Shown in pieces: positions 1-8,584 of a stretch of 64,000 nt of DNA. This DNA is from an uncultured Pelagibacteraceae bacterium. GTDB lineage: Bacteria > Pseudomonadota > Alphaproteobacteria > Pelagibacterales > Pelagibacteraceae. How positions within the stretch are numbered: the stretch's first letter is position 1; every line of letters starts with the position of its first letter. Below the pieces are notes generated by a model, which was not told the DNA's origin, searched no databases, and saw only the letters and a program-made list of their open reading frames with translations. The position numbers and the translations under genes were made by a program. The stretch is from NCBI GenBank assembly GCA_902587215.1, contig CACIKJ010000002.1, positions 6,273 to 70,272 on the forward strand, given 5' to 3'.

Positions 1-103
1 TTAATTGATTAAATGAATAACAATAAATTGGAGTACCAAACTGTCTAGCAATTTTATGCACTGGTACTTTTTCAATTATTAATTTTTTTTTTCTGTAAAA
101 CAT
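1..103 (-). CDS. lysA: diaminopimelate decarboxylase, 5' part (runs off window)
   Basis: Hand translation from ATG at 103: MFYRKKKLIIEKVPVHKIARQFGTPIYCYSFNQL, with the LysA N-terminal GTPxYxYS motif; argH-lipoprotein-lysA order is typical of alphaproteobacteria. Confidence 0.85.
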   Translation of the reverse strand, partial: MFYRKKKLIIEKVPVHKIARQFGTPIYCYSFNQL

Positions 104-133
104 CAAGAGTTATAAATTATAAATAGTTAAATA

Positions 134-265
134 TTAACTATCACTTGTTCCATAGACTTTCATTTTAATCAACCCTGATTTTTTATCATAAACAGGATCA
201 CTTTTTTTTCCACATGAAAAAATCGGAATTAAAAGAATTAAAATAATAATTATTTTTCTAAGCAT
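134..265 (-). CDS. small lipoprotein, 43 aa (YifL/LptM-like)
   Basis: Hand translation MLRKIIIILILLIPIFSCGKKSDPVYDKKSGLIKMKVYGTSDS; basic start, hydrophobic stretch, lipobox-like IFSC followed by GKK; start overlaps argH end. Confidence 0.7.
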   Translation of the reverse strand: MLRKIIIILILLIPIFSCGKKSDPVYDKKSGLIKMKVYGTSDS

Positions 266-1640
266 TTTTGTATTTTTTTATCATTTTCTTGATGTTTTCA
301 AAAGATGTTCCGCCATAAGATTTTTTAGAATTTACTGAATTTTTTAGATTAAAAACTTTAATTACGTCCTCTTTTATATTTGGATCAATTTTTTTTAGTT
401 CTTCATGAGATAATTCAGAAAGTCTTTTTTTGTTTTTTTCACAATAATTAACTATTCTTGCTGTAACTTGATAAGACTTTCTAAAAGGATAATTTAAATT
501 TTTTACAATATAGTCAGCTAAGTCGGTAGCAGTAATATAACCTTCTTCAGCCAAAGCCATCATTGTGTTTTTGTTAACAGAAAAATTTTTCAGTACCTCA
601 TTCAAAACTTTTATTGAGTCTATTAGATTATCAAATGTTTCAAAAACAATTTTCTTGTCTTCCTGCAGATCTTTAAAATAAGATAAAGGAAGTCCTTTTA
701 GTATTGTCATCATAGAAAATAAATTACCATACGAGCTAGATACTTTTCCTCTTAAATACTCTAAGGGATCTGGATTTTTCTTTTGAGGCATAATTGAAGA
801 GCCAGTAACAATATTATCGTTTAACTTAATAAGTTTAAAACCATCAGAATTCCAAATTATGAAATCTTCAGCTAATCTAGAAATGTGCATTGCACAAACT
901 GAAGAAGCATACAGGAAGTCTAAAACAAAATCTCTGTCAGAAACTGTGTCAATAGAATTAGCTGTTGGTATTTTAAATCCTAGTTTTTTAGTTGTAAAAT
1001 TTCTATCTATATTAAAAGAAGTGCCAGATAAAGCACCTGAGCCTAAAGGATTTTCTTTAAGACTACTATAATTATTTTCTAATCTTTTTTTATCTCTTCT
1101 AAACATTTCAACATAAGCTAGAATGTAATGTGCAAAAGAAATTGGTTGAGCGTTTTTTAAATGAGTAAAACCAGGCATAATTGTGTAAATATTTTTTTCT
1201 GCAATTTTTAAGATATTATTAATTGTCAAGTTCAACAATTTGATTAATTTACCATTTGAATGATTCATCCAAATTTTAAAGTCGACTAACACCTGATCAT
1301 TTCTAGATCTTGCTGTATGTATATAGCCTGCATCTTCACCAATAATTTCAAATAGTTTTTTTTCAATACTCATATGAATATCTTCGTCAGCATAATTAAA
1401 TGAGTATTTTTTTTTTATAATTTGATTTTGAATTTTTTTTAATCCCCAAATAATTTTATTTTTAACTTTGAAATTAATTATTTTTTGCTTATTTAGCATT
1501 TCCACATGAGCAATAGATGCTTGAATATCTTCTCGAAAAAGTCTTTTATCGATATTAATAGAACTTGAAACTTTCTGGAAAGTTTTAGCAGTTTTTCCTT
1601 TAATTCTCGTTTCCCAAATTGTTTTATTTTTTTTATTCAT
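258..1640 (-). CDS. argH: argininosuccinate lyase
   Basis: HTARSRNDQ, MPGFTHL, GSSIMPQKKNPD signature. Confidence 0.97.
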   Translation of the reverse strand: MNKKNKTIWETRIKGKTAKTFQKVSSSINIDKRLFREDIQASIAHVEMLNKQKIINFKVKNKIIWGLKKIQNQIIKKKYSFNYADEDIHMSIEKKLFEIIGEDAGYIHTARSRNDQVLVDFKIWMNHSNGKLIKLLNLTINNILKIAEKNIYTIMPGFTHLKNAQPISFAHYILAYVEMFRRDKKRLENNYSSLKENPLGSGALSGTSFNIDRNFTTKKLGFKIPTANSIDTVSDRDFVLDFLYASSVCAMHISRLAEDFIIWNSDGFKLIKLNDNIVTGSSIMPQKKNPDPLEYLRGKVSSSYGNLFSMMTILKGLPLSYFKDLQEDKKIVFETFDNLIDSIKVLNEVLKNFSVNKNTMMALAEEGYITATDLADYIVKNLNYPFRKSYQVTARIVNYCEKNKKRLSELSHEELKKIDPNIKEDVIKVFNLKNSVNSKKSYGGTSFENIKKMIKKYKNA

Positions 1641-1692
1641 AAAATTGTTTGTATATATTTGATTTAACTTATTTTTATCAATTGATTAAGTT

Positions 1693-1890
1693 TTAATTCT
1701 TAAAAAAATATGCAAATGCAACAAGGGCAATTATTGCTATAAACTGTAAAATAACTCTTAATTGCATCAATTTATTTGAAGCTTTTTTTGAGCCACCTTT
1801 AAATAAATTAGCTATTCCAAGCAGCAAAACTATAGCAACTAAAAGAAGCAAAACTATAGAGACGATTTTGATTAAAGTTCCAGATAACAT
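1693..1890 (-). CDS. HIG1-like twin transmembrane helix small protein
   Basis: Two hydrophobic helices flanking SNKLMQLRVILQ motif. Confidence 0.8.
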   Translation of the reverse strand: MLSGTLIKIVSIVLLLLVAIVLLLGIANLFKGGSKKASNKLMQLRVILQFIAIIALVAFAYFFKN

Positions 1891-1936
1891 AATGTGATAT
1901 ATACATTAAAAGAATAAATTATAAATAAGTAATATT

Positions 1937-2596
1937 ATGACATTTTGCCTAGACACAGAAGTAATACCCCCAAATAATGATGAACCAATTAAAAATGTAA
2001 TTATACTATTACATGGGTATGGTGGAGATGGAAAAGATATTAGCATGTTGACATTAAACTGGAAAAGATTTCTTAAAAATACACTTTTTTTATGTCCAAA
2101 TGGACATGAAAAATGTGAAATTAATCCCATGGGTTTCCAATGGTTCGACCTTTCAAAAAACGACGAAAAATATATATTGGAGAAATCAATAGAGGCCGAA
2201 AAAATAATTAATAAGTTTATACAAGAAGTTAAAAATAAATATGAAGTATTAAATAAAAATATTGTACTTTGTGGTTTTAGCCAAGGTTGCATGATGGCAA
2301 TTAATGCAGGGGTTACATCTGAGCAGGAATATAATTGTATAGTTGGATTTTCAGGAAAAATAATTAATAGAGATAATTTACAGTCAAAATTAAAAAATAA
2401 AAGCAAAATTCTTCTAATTCACGGTGATCAAGATGAGATCGTTAGCTCAACTTTTCTTCTAGAAGCAAAAGATTTTTTTAAAAGAAATAAATTTGATATT
2501 CAAACAAATTTAATAAAGAATTGTGGACATCATATACCTATTGACGCATCTAGTATAGCTCTAAATTTTATAAAAAAAAATTTGGAATTTTTATAA
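1937..2596 (+). CDS. phospholipase/carboxylesterase (alpha/beta hydrolase)
   Basis: LLHGYG, GFSQG nucleophile elbow, HGDQD, C-terminal GH. Confidence 0.9.
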   Translation: MTFCLDTEVIPPNNDEPIKNVIILLHGYGGDGKDISMLTLNWKRFLKNTLFLCPNGHEKCEINPMGFQWFDLSKNDEKYILEKSIEAEKIINKFIQEVKNKYEVLNKNIVLCGFSQGCMMAINAGVTSEQEYNCIVGFSGKIINRDNLQSKLKNKSKILLIHGDQDEIVSSTFLLEAKDFFKRNKFDIQTNLIKNCGHHIPIDASSIALNFIKKNLEFL

Positions 2597-2654
2597 ATTG
2601 ATAGTAATTAATTTGATATATTGATTTTAAAAAATATATAAGTTAAACTTTAAT

Positions 2655-3215
2655 ATGTTTAATGAAAATGTATCCTTAGAAAAATGTCCTGCACTTGTAT
2701 TAAATGCTGACTATAGGCCTTTAAGCTATTATCCATTATCACTATGGAGTTGGCAAGATTCTATTAAATCTGTTTTTTTAAATAGAGTTTCTATAGTTAG
2801 CCACTATGACAGAATAGTAAGAAGCCCTTCGTTTAGCATGAAGCTGCCAAGTGTGATTGCTCTAAAAGATTATATAAAGCCTTTAAGAAATCCAAATTTC
2901 ACAAGATTTAATGTTTTTCTAAGAGATAAATTTTCTTGTCAGTATTGCGGTAGTAAAAATGAACTTACATTTGATCATTTGCTGCCAAGGTCTAAAGGTG
3001 GCAAAACAAATTGGGAAAATGTAGTAACAGCCTGTTCTAGCTGTAATGTTCAAAAAGGTGGAAGATTATTAGAAAGGTCAGGAATGAAACTTTCTTCTTT
3101 ACCTTTTGCCCCAACAACAGAAGATCTTCATAGAAACGGCAAAAACTTTCCTCCAAATTTTCTACATGAAAGCTGGATGGACTATCTATATTGGGACGTT
3201 GAGTTAGAAAATTAA
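2655..3215 (+). CDS. HNH endonuclease family protein
   Basis: CQYC, TFDHLLPRSKGG, WENVVTACSSCN motifs. Confidence 0.9.
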   Translation: MFNENVSLEKCPALVLNADYRPLSYYPLSLWSWQDSIKSVFLNRVSIVSHYDRIVRSPSFSMKLPSVIALKDYIKPLRNPNFTRFNVFLRDKFSCQYCGSKNELTFDHLLPRSKGGKTNWENVVTACSSCNVQKGGRLLERSGMKLSSLPFAPTTEDLHRNGKNFPPNFLHESWMDYLYWDVELEN

Positions 3216-3216
3216 A

Positions 3217-3750
3217 TTAATATTTTTCAGAAATTTTTATCGCAATTTTGGATCCAGTTTTAATTATTCCATCAAGAACTCTATAAAAACCATCTTTTGA
3301 GGCACCTTCTTCAAAAGCTATATCTTTATGATGCAATTCATCTTCTCTAAACTTAATTATTTTTTTTTTAAGCTCAATTTCATCATCACCTATATTATCT
3401 ATTTGATTTTGATAGTGCTTATCTATAACTTCCTCTACAGAAGCAGTACAAAGCATAGCTGCTTTTTTACCCAATATAGTTGAACCAAATCCAAGACCAA
3501 TACCTAGCAAATCCCATAATTTTAAAAATCTTGTTGGTTTAATTCTTCTTTTATTGATTTCCTTTTCAAAAAAATCTGAATGTTCTTCTTCATGTACTTT
3601 CATTTCTTCAACTAGTTTTTTTAATTTTTCGTCTTTATTAAAAGTATTTAAAGCTAAAAGTTGACCTTCATATATTTTTATTGCACCTCTCTCACCTGCA
3701 TGATCAACTCGAATATATTCTTCTAATTTTTTTTTATTTGTTTTTTTCAT
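3217..3750 (-). CDS. coq7: demethoxyubiquinone hydroxylase (di-iron Coq7)
   Basis: IRVDHAGE, EEEH, VEEVIDKHY, DELHH di-iron motifs. Confidence 0.9.
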   Translation of the reverse strand: MKKTNKKKLEEYIRVDHAGERGAIKIYEGQLLALNTFNKDEKLKKLVEEMKVHEEEHSDFFEKEINKRRIKPTRFLKLWDLLGIGLGFGSTILGKKAAMLCTASVEEVIDKHYQNQIDNIGDDEIELKKKIIKFREDELHHKDIAFEEGASKDGFYRVLDGIIKTGSKIAIKISEKY

Positions 3751-4207
3751 TATAAAGGTATTTAATAGTTATTAATGTCAAAGCAATTGATAAAATGAAA
3801 TTTATAGTCGCAAGTGATAAGCCAAAAATCTTAAAATTTACTTCTTTACAACTAGGTAAAAAGTTATTCAGACTTTGTAACAACTCAGCTTTATCTGTTG
3901 TATTAATATTTTCGTTTTTACAACCTGGAAATTCCATAAAAATATTATTCTCTATACCTACGTGATATCCAGAAATAATAAAACTACTCAAAAATGTTAA
4001 AACAAGCAGATATATCCACATATTATTTTTCGAAAAAAAATATCCAAAAAAACACAATATTATAGATATAATATAAGGAACTCTTTGATACAGACACAAT
4101 TTACATGCTGGTATAGACATTACATGTTCAATATACAAAGCTGAAGAAATTGAAAAAATACTTATAAATAAAATAATTGAATAAAAAAGATTTTGATTTT
4201 TGTGCAT
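3734..4207 (-). CDS. dsbB: disulfide bond formation protein B
   Basis: ACKLCLYQR CxxC, YHVGIE, second Cys pair, four TM helices; start placed at ATG 4207 to avoid overlap. Confidence 0.85.
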   Translation of the reverse strand: MHKNQNLFYSIILFISIFSISSALYIEHVMSIPACKLCLYQRVPYIISIILCFFGYFFSKNNMWIYLLVLTFLSSFIISGYHVGIENNIFMEFPGCKNENINTTDKAELLQSLNNFLPSCKEVNFKIFGLSLATINFILSIALTLITIKYLYNEKNK

Positions 4208-4211
4208 TATT

Positions 4212-4820
4212 TTATCCCACAAAATTTACTAAAAAATTATAGACTAGATATGCCACAATTATAATTATTATAGAAAAAATTATTGAGAGAGTGACCAATT
4301 TTTTTTCAATAATCTTTTTCATTGCTTGTCCAAAATTTCCGATAAGAAAAGCAATTATAAAAAATCTAGATCCTCTTGTTAAAATTGAAATAATTATAAA
4401 ATAAAATATGTTAAAATTTACAAAGCCACTAGTTATTGTTAAGAGTTTGAAAGGCACAGGGGTAAAGCCAGCTATTGCAAGAAGTGTCATCCAAGCAATT
4501 ACACCACCATCTGAAGAAACTTTATCTTTTAAAAAAGATGCGTTATCTACCCCATAAAGTTCAAAAATTTTTATTCCAATTTCATTAAAAAATATATATC
4601 CAATAAAATAACCTAAAATTGCTCCAAGAACTGAACCTATTGTAGCTATAAATGCAATTCTAAACCATTTTTTTGGCTTGGCAATTGTCATAGGCACAAT
4701 AATTACGTCTGGAGGAATAGGAAAAATAAAACTCTCAATAAAAGAAATAGCTCCTAAAAAGAATTTTGAGTTTTTATTTCCTGCAAGTTCAATAGTTTTA
4801 TTATAAAGTTTATTAAACAT
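4212..4820 (-). CDS. DedA/YqaA family membrane protein
   Basis: SFIESFIFPIPPD and GFTPVPFKL motifs; start moved to ATG 4820 because the longer ORF overlaps tRNA-Leu. Confidence 0.88.
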   Translation of the reverse strand: MFNKLYNKTIELAGNKNSKFFLGAISFIESFIFPIPPDVIIVPMTIAKPKKWFRIAFIATIGSVLGAILGYFIGYIFFNEIGIKIFELYGVDNASFLKDKVSSDGGVIAWMTLLAIAGFTPVPFKLLTITSGFVNFNIFYFIIISILTRGSRFFIIAFLIGNFGQAMKKIIEKKLVTLSIIFSIIIIIVAYLVYNFLVNFVG

Positions 4821-4878
4821 ATTTACTTTTAATATATAAATAATTTTTATACTATTAATAATTAATAAATGTTTTTGT

Positions 4879-4965
4879 GGGCGAATGGCGGAACTGGTAG
4901 ACGCGTTGGACTCAAAATCCAATGGTAGTAATACTGTGAGAGTTCGAGTCTCTCTTTGCCCACCA
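4879..4965 (+). tRNA. tRNA-Leu(CAA)
   Basis: Acceptor GGGCGAA/TTTGCCC, anticodon arm TTGGA-CTCAAAA-TCCAA, long variable arm, GTTCGAG T-loop, encoded CCA. Confidence 0.97.
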
Positions 4966-4972
4966 GCAACTT

Positions 4973-6673
4973 ATGGATTTTAAAAAATATAATAATTTAA
5001 TTGAATTATTTTTTGGGCAATGCGCAAGGTTACCAAAAGAAAAAATATTTTTAAATAGCTTAAAGGATCCCAAATTAACCTTTTCCTGGGGTGATGTTAA
5101 AACATTTACATTACAACTATCCAATGAAATTTCTAAGGTAATTAAAAAGGGTGACAGATGTTTATTAATCTCAGAGAACAGACCTGAATGGATGATTTCT
5201 GATTTATCAATAATGTTGGCAGAGGGAATTACAGTTCCTGCATACACAACCTATTTATCAAGAGATTATGAATACATAATTAATGATTGTTCTCCAAGTA
5301 TAGTGATTGTTTCTAATGATGAGCAATTCAATAAAATAAAGAAAATTTGCCAAAATAATACTTCTATTAAAAAAATTTTTTCATTTGAAAAATTATCTGA
5401 AATAGAGAATAATTCATATTTTAACATTGAAAATTTAATCCAAGACAAAAAAACTAATCTAGATATTAAATTAGAGTGCAAGGCTCAAAGATCAGATCCT
5501 GCATGTATAATTTATACATCTGGTACCCAAGGAAATCCAAAAGGTGTAATTTTAACCCATGGAGGGATATTAAGCAATTGTGAAGGAGGCTACAAGTTAC
5601 TAGATCCAATTTTAGAAAAGGAAACAAGATTTTTAACTTGGTTGCCATTATCTCACTCATACGAACATGCTGTTCAATTTATTCAAATTGCAGTAGGTGC
5701 AAAGGTTTTCTATGCAGAAAGCATTGACAAATTAATTAAAAATATGTCAGATTGTTCCCCACATATCATGACGGCAGTTCCAAGATTTTATCAAAATCTT
5801 TACCAAAAAATTAATTCTACATTTAATAAAGCAAAAGGATTTAAAAAGATTTTGGTAAACAATACTGTAAAAATAGGAGCAATGAAATTGAGGAGAGAAA
5901 AAATGACGATACTAGAAAAATTTATGAATTTTGTTGTTGAAAAGTTGGTGAGAAGCAAAATTAAGAAACAATTTGGAGGTAGCTTAAAGACATTTGTTTC
6001 AGGTGGGGGTGCACTTGATTCTGAAATAGGAACATTTTTAAATGCAATTGGATTGCCAACGCTACAAGGATATGGCTTAACAGAAACATCGCCAGTAGTT
6101 AGTTGTAATCCTATTGATGATATAAGAATCGAAACTGTAGGAATTCCTTTTGATTGTAATGAAGTAAAGATAGCTAACGATGGAGAAATATTAGTTAAAG
6201 GAGAAAATGTTATGTTAGGATATTGGAATAATAAAGAGGAAACTAACAAGGTTTTAAAAGACGGATGGCTCTATACAGGTGATATAGGTAAATTTGAAAA
6301 TAATTATTTAATAATAACAGACAGAAAAAAAGATATTCTAATTACTCCAGGTGGAGATAATATTTCACCTTTAAAAATAGAAAATATGTTAACGAGTTCG
6401 GAAATGATAGATCAAGCAATTGTCTATGGAGATTACAAACCATATTTGGTTGCTTTAATAATTATAAACAAAGAATTTTTAAGTAAAAAAGAAAATCTAG
6501 AAATAGAATTACAAAAAATAAATAAAAACCTTACTAAAGTAGAAAAAATTAAAAAATATTTCGTAATTGAAGAAAATTTTACAATTGAAAATGGATTGAT
6601 GACACCAACTTTAAAGTTAAAAAGATTTAAAATTATTAACAAGTACAAAAAAGAATTTGAAAATTTATATTAA
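4973..6673 (+). CDS. fadD: long-chain fatty acid-CoA ligase
   Basis: YTSGTQGNPKG AMP-binding motif, QGYGLTE, GWLYTGD, TPTLKLKR. Confidence 0.88.
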   Translation: MDFKKYNNLIELFFGQCARLPKEKIFLNSLKDPKLTFSWGDVKTFTLQLSNEISKVIKKGDRCLLISENRPEWMISDLSIMLAEGITVPAYTTYLSRDYEYIINDCSPSIVIVSNDEQFNKIKKICQNNTSIKKIFSFEKLSEIENNSYFNIENLIQDKKTNLDIKLECKAQRSDPACIIYTSGTQGNPKGVILTHGGILSNCEGGYKLLDPILEKETRFLTWLPLSHSYEHAVQFIQIAVGAKVFYAESIDKLIKNMSDCSPHIMTAVPRFYQNLYQKINSTFNKAKGFKKILVNNTVKIGAMKLRREKMTILEKFMNFVVEKLVRSKIKKQFGGSLKTFVSGGGALDSEIGTFLNAIGLPTLQGYGLTETSPVVSCNPIDDIRIETVGIPFDCNEVKIANDGEILVKGENVMLGYWNNKEETNKVLKDGWLYTGDIGKFENNYLIITDRKKDILITPGGDNISPLKIENMLTSSEMIDQAIVYGDYKPYLVALIIINKEFLSKKENLEIELQKINKNLTKVEKIKKYFVIEENFTIENGLMTPTLKLKRFKIINKYKKEFENLY

Positions 6674-6775
6674 AAAAAAATCTTAAATTAATCGCTAATT
6701 ACTTAACTTTTTTTCAAATGAGATAAAAATTTAAAAATAAAAAAAATTTTTAAATTTTTTAAAAAAAATTAATGT

Positions 6776-6804
6776 TTGACATCACTTATCAAAAAAAATA
6801 AAAA
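6776..6804 (+). promoter_or_regulatory. candidate sigma70 promoter of the small basic protein gene
   Basis: Perfect TTGACA at 6776-6781, 17-nt spacer, TAAAAA at 6799-6804. Confidence 0.55.
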
Positions 6805-6854
6805 AGTATTATCAAACGAATCAATAAAGATTCGTTAATTAAAGGGAGCTAAAA

Positions 6855-6935
6855 ATGGCTAAAAGAAGAAAAAAAGCTGCTAAAAAGAAAACTAAGAAAA
6901 AAGCTAAGAAAAAAGCTAGAAGAAGAAGAAGATAG
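6855..6935 (+). CDS. 26-aa protamine/histone H1-like basic protein
   Basis: MAKRRKKAAKKKTKKKAKKKARRRRR; SD AAGGGAG 6 nt before ATG; promoter candidate upstream and terminator downstream. Confidence 0.8.
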   Translation: MAKRRKKAAKKKTKKKAKKKARRRRR

Positions 6936-6957
6936 TTTAGTATTCTTTTTAACTGAT

Positions 6958-6997
6958 AACGCTTCTCATGGCGTATGCGTGGGAAGCGTTTTTTTTT
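6958..6997 (+). terminator. intrinsic terminator
   Basis: 13-bp stem AACGCTTCTCATG/CGTGGGAAGCGTT with two G-U pairs, followed by a T run. Confidence 0.85.
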
Positions 6998-7877
6998 ACT
7001 CTAATTGCTCCGTTTCAATAGGATTTTCCTCTATTTCATGAGGTTCGATATCAGCACTCTCGGTATTAGATTTTTTTTCAATTCTAGCTTTTTGAGCTTC
7101 CAAATTTCTTTTTAAAGCTTTATCTAATTTTTTTTGAGTTTCATCTATTGGTGTGCCTAAAACTATATTGAACTCAGATAAAAGTCTTTCATATGCTTTT
7201 TCAAACAATTGTCTTTCACTGTAAGACTGGTCAATCATGAGATCATCTCCCTTATTTAAATCTCTTACGACTTCAGCTAATTCATATATCTTACCTGAAG
7301 AAATTTTTGCTTCGTATTCTTGAGCTCTCCTGCTCCACATGGATCTTTTAATTTTAGGCTTTCCTTTTAAAATACTAATACATTTATTAATCTGGTTTAT
7401 TGTAGCTAAAGGTCTTAGATGGTTTTGTTTATTTACAGGAACCATGCCAATTGCTTTATCTTTTTCGAATTTTAATAAATATGTTTCCACATCTATTCCT
7501 CCAATATTAATTTTTTTAAACTCAGTGATCTGGCCAACACCATGTTTTGGATAAACAACATATTCTTTAATTTTATATATTTTTTTTTCTGTTTCCTGCT
7601 TTTTAATTTTCTTAATTTCAGGTTTTTGTTCATTTAATTTTGTTATTCTAAGAGGTTCACTTTTTTGACTTTCTCCTTTTTCTTTCTTATTTCCTGGAGT
7701 CTGTTTTTTTAATATTTTATTTTTTTTACTTTTTATTTTAATAGTTGAAATTTTTTTATTACTATTTTTTTTAGCTTTAAGTAATTTAGTTTTTTTCTTA
7801 GTTATGTTTTTTGTTGGAGCTTTCTTTTTTTTTTTAAAGGTTTTCTTTAAAATACTTTTCAAATTTATCTTTTTCAT
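6996..7877 (-). CDS. carD: CarD family transcriptional regulator with Lys-rich N-terminal extension
   Basis: [41 protein letters not shown]; start uncertain. Confidence 0.9.
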   Translation of the reverse strand: MKKINLKSILKKTFKKKKKAPTKNITKKKTKLLKAKKNSNKKISTIKIKSKKNKILKKQTPGNKKEKGESQKSEPLRITKLNEQKPEIKKIKKQETEKKIYKIKEYVVYPKHGVGQITEFKKINIGGIDVETYLLKFEKDKAIGMVPVNKQNHLRPLATINQINKCISILKGKPKIKRSMWSRRAQEYEAKISSGKIYELAEVVRDLNKGDDLMIDQSYSERQLFEKAYERLLSEFNIVLGTPIDETQKKLDKALKRNLEAQKARIEKKSNTESADIEPHEIEENPIETEQLE

Positions 7878-8160
7878 TTTTATACTTTTCGTTATCTAAA
7901 GGTGGATCTTTCTTTTGAGAAATATTTGGCCATATTTCCGAATATTTTTTGTTTATCTCTAGCCATTTTTCGTTTCCGGTTTCTGTATCCGGTACTATCG
8001 CATCTACAGGACATTCCGGTTCACAAACGCCACAATCTATACACTCATCTGGTTTAATTACAAGCATATTTTTACCTTCGTAAAAACAGTCAACTGGACA
8101 GACTTCTACACAATCCATCAATTTACATTTAATACATTTATCATTTACGAGATATGTCAT
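7834..8160 (-). CDS. fdxA: ferredoxin FdxA
   Basis: [26 protein letters not shown]...[12 protein letters not shown]; start set at ATG 8160. Confidence 0.93.
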   Translation of the reverse strand: MTYLVNDKCIKCKLMDCVEVCPVDCFYEGKNMLVIKPDECIDCGVCEPECPVDAIVPDTETGNEKWLEINKKYSEIWPNISQKKDPPLDNEKYKNEKDKFEKYFKENL

Positions 8161-8164
8161 TTGT

Positions 8165-8584
8165 TTATAGTTTTTTATTTTTGACTTTTTCCTTAATATC
8201 ACCAACTACTTTTTTGTCTAGATACAGTAAACCACATAGTCTTCTAATTAAATTTGTCTCATACATGTCGGCATTTTTATCTGAATAAATTATCTCCCAT
8301 AATGCTTCGATAAGTAATATTTTTTGGTCATTAGATAAATTTTTCGCTTCTTTTGTGTATTCTATGATTTGGTTTGCATTTTTTTCATTTTCCTCTGCTT
8401 TTTTAATTATTTCATCTATTTCCTTCGTTTCAGCTCCTAATTTAATTAATGAATCTCTTATAATCTTTCTTTCTTTTTCAGAATAATTTTCATCAATTTT
8501 TGCTGCGTGAATTAATAAACAAGCAATAGATATAATTGAAATCTTGTTATCTGCATTACTTTCATTTTTGAATAAACTAAACAT
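8165..8584 (-). CDS. TerB-like family protein
   Basis: [37 protein letters not shown] pattern. Confidence 0.75.
   Translation of the reverse strand: MFSLFKNESNADNKISIISIACLLIHAAKIDENYSEKERKIIRDSLIKLGAETKEIDEIIKKAEENEKNANQIIEYTKEAKNLSNDQKILLIEALWEIIYSDKNADMYETNLIRRLCGLLYLDKKVVGDIKEKVKNKKL

Noticed and set aside
2655-3215. HNH nuclease as homing endonuclease or defence gene
   Set aside because: Stand-alone, among housekeeping genes, with no intron, intein, methylase or mobile context
4821-4922. N-terminal extension of the DedA ORF and ORF 4912-5247
   Set aside because: Antisense to tRNA-Leu and fadD; a better start exists at 4820
8165-8584. Tellurite-resistance island
   Set aside because: Single TerB-like gene in a core run; no other ter genes
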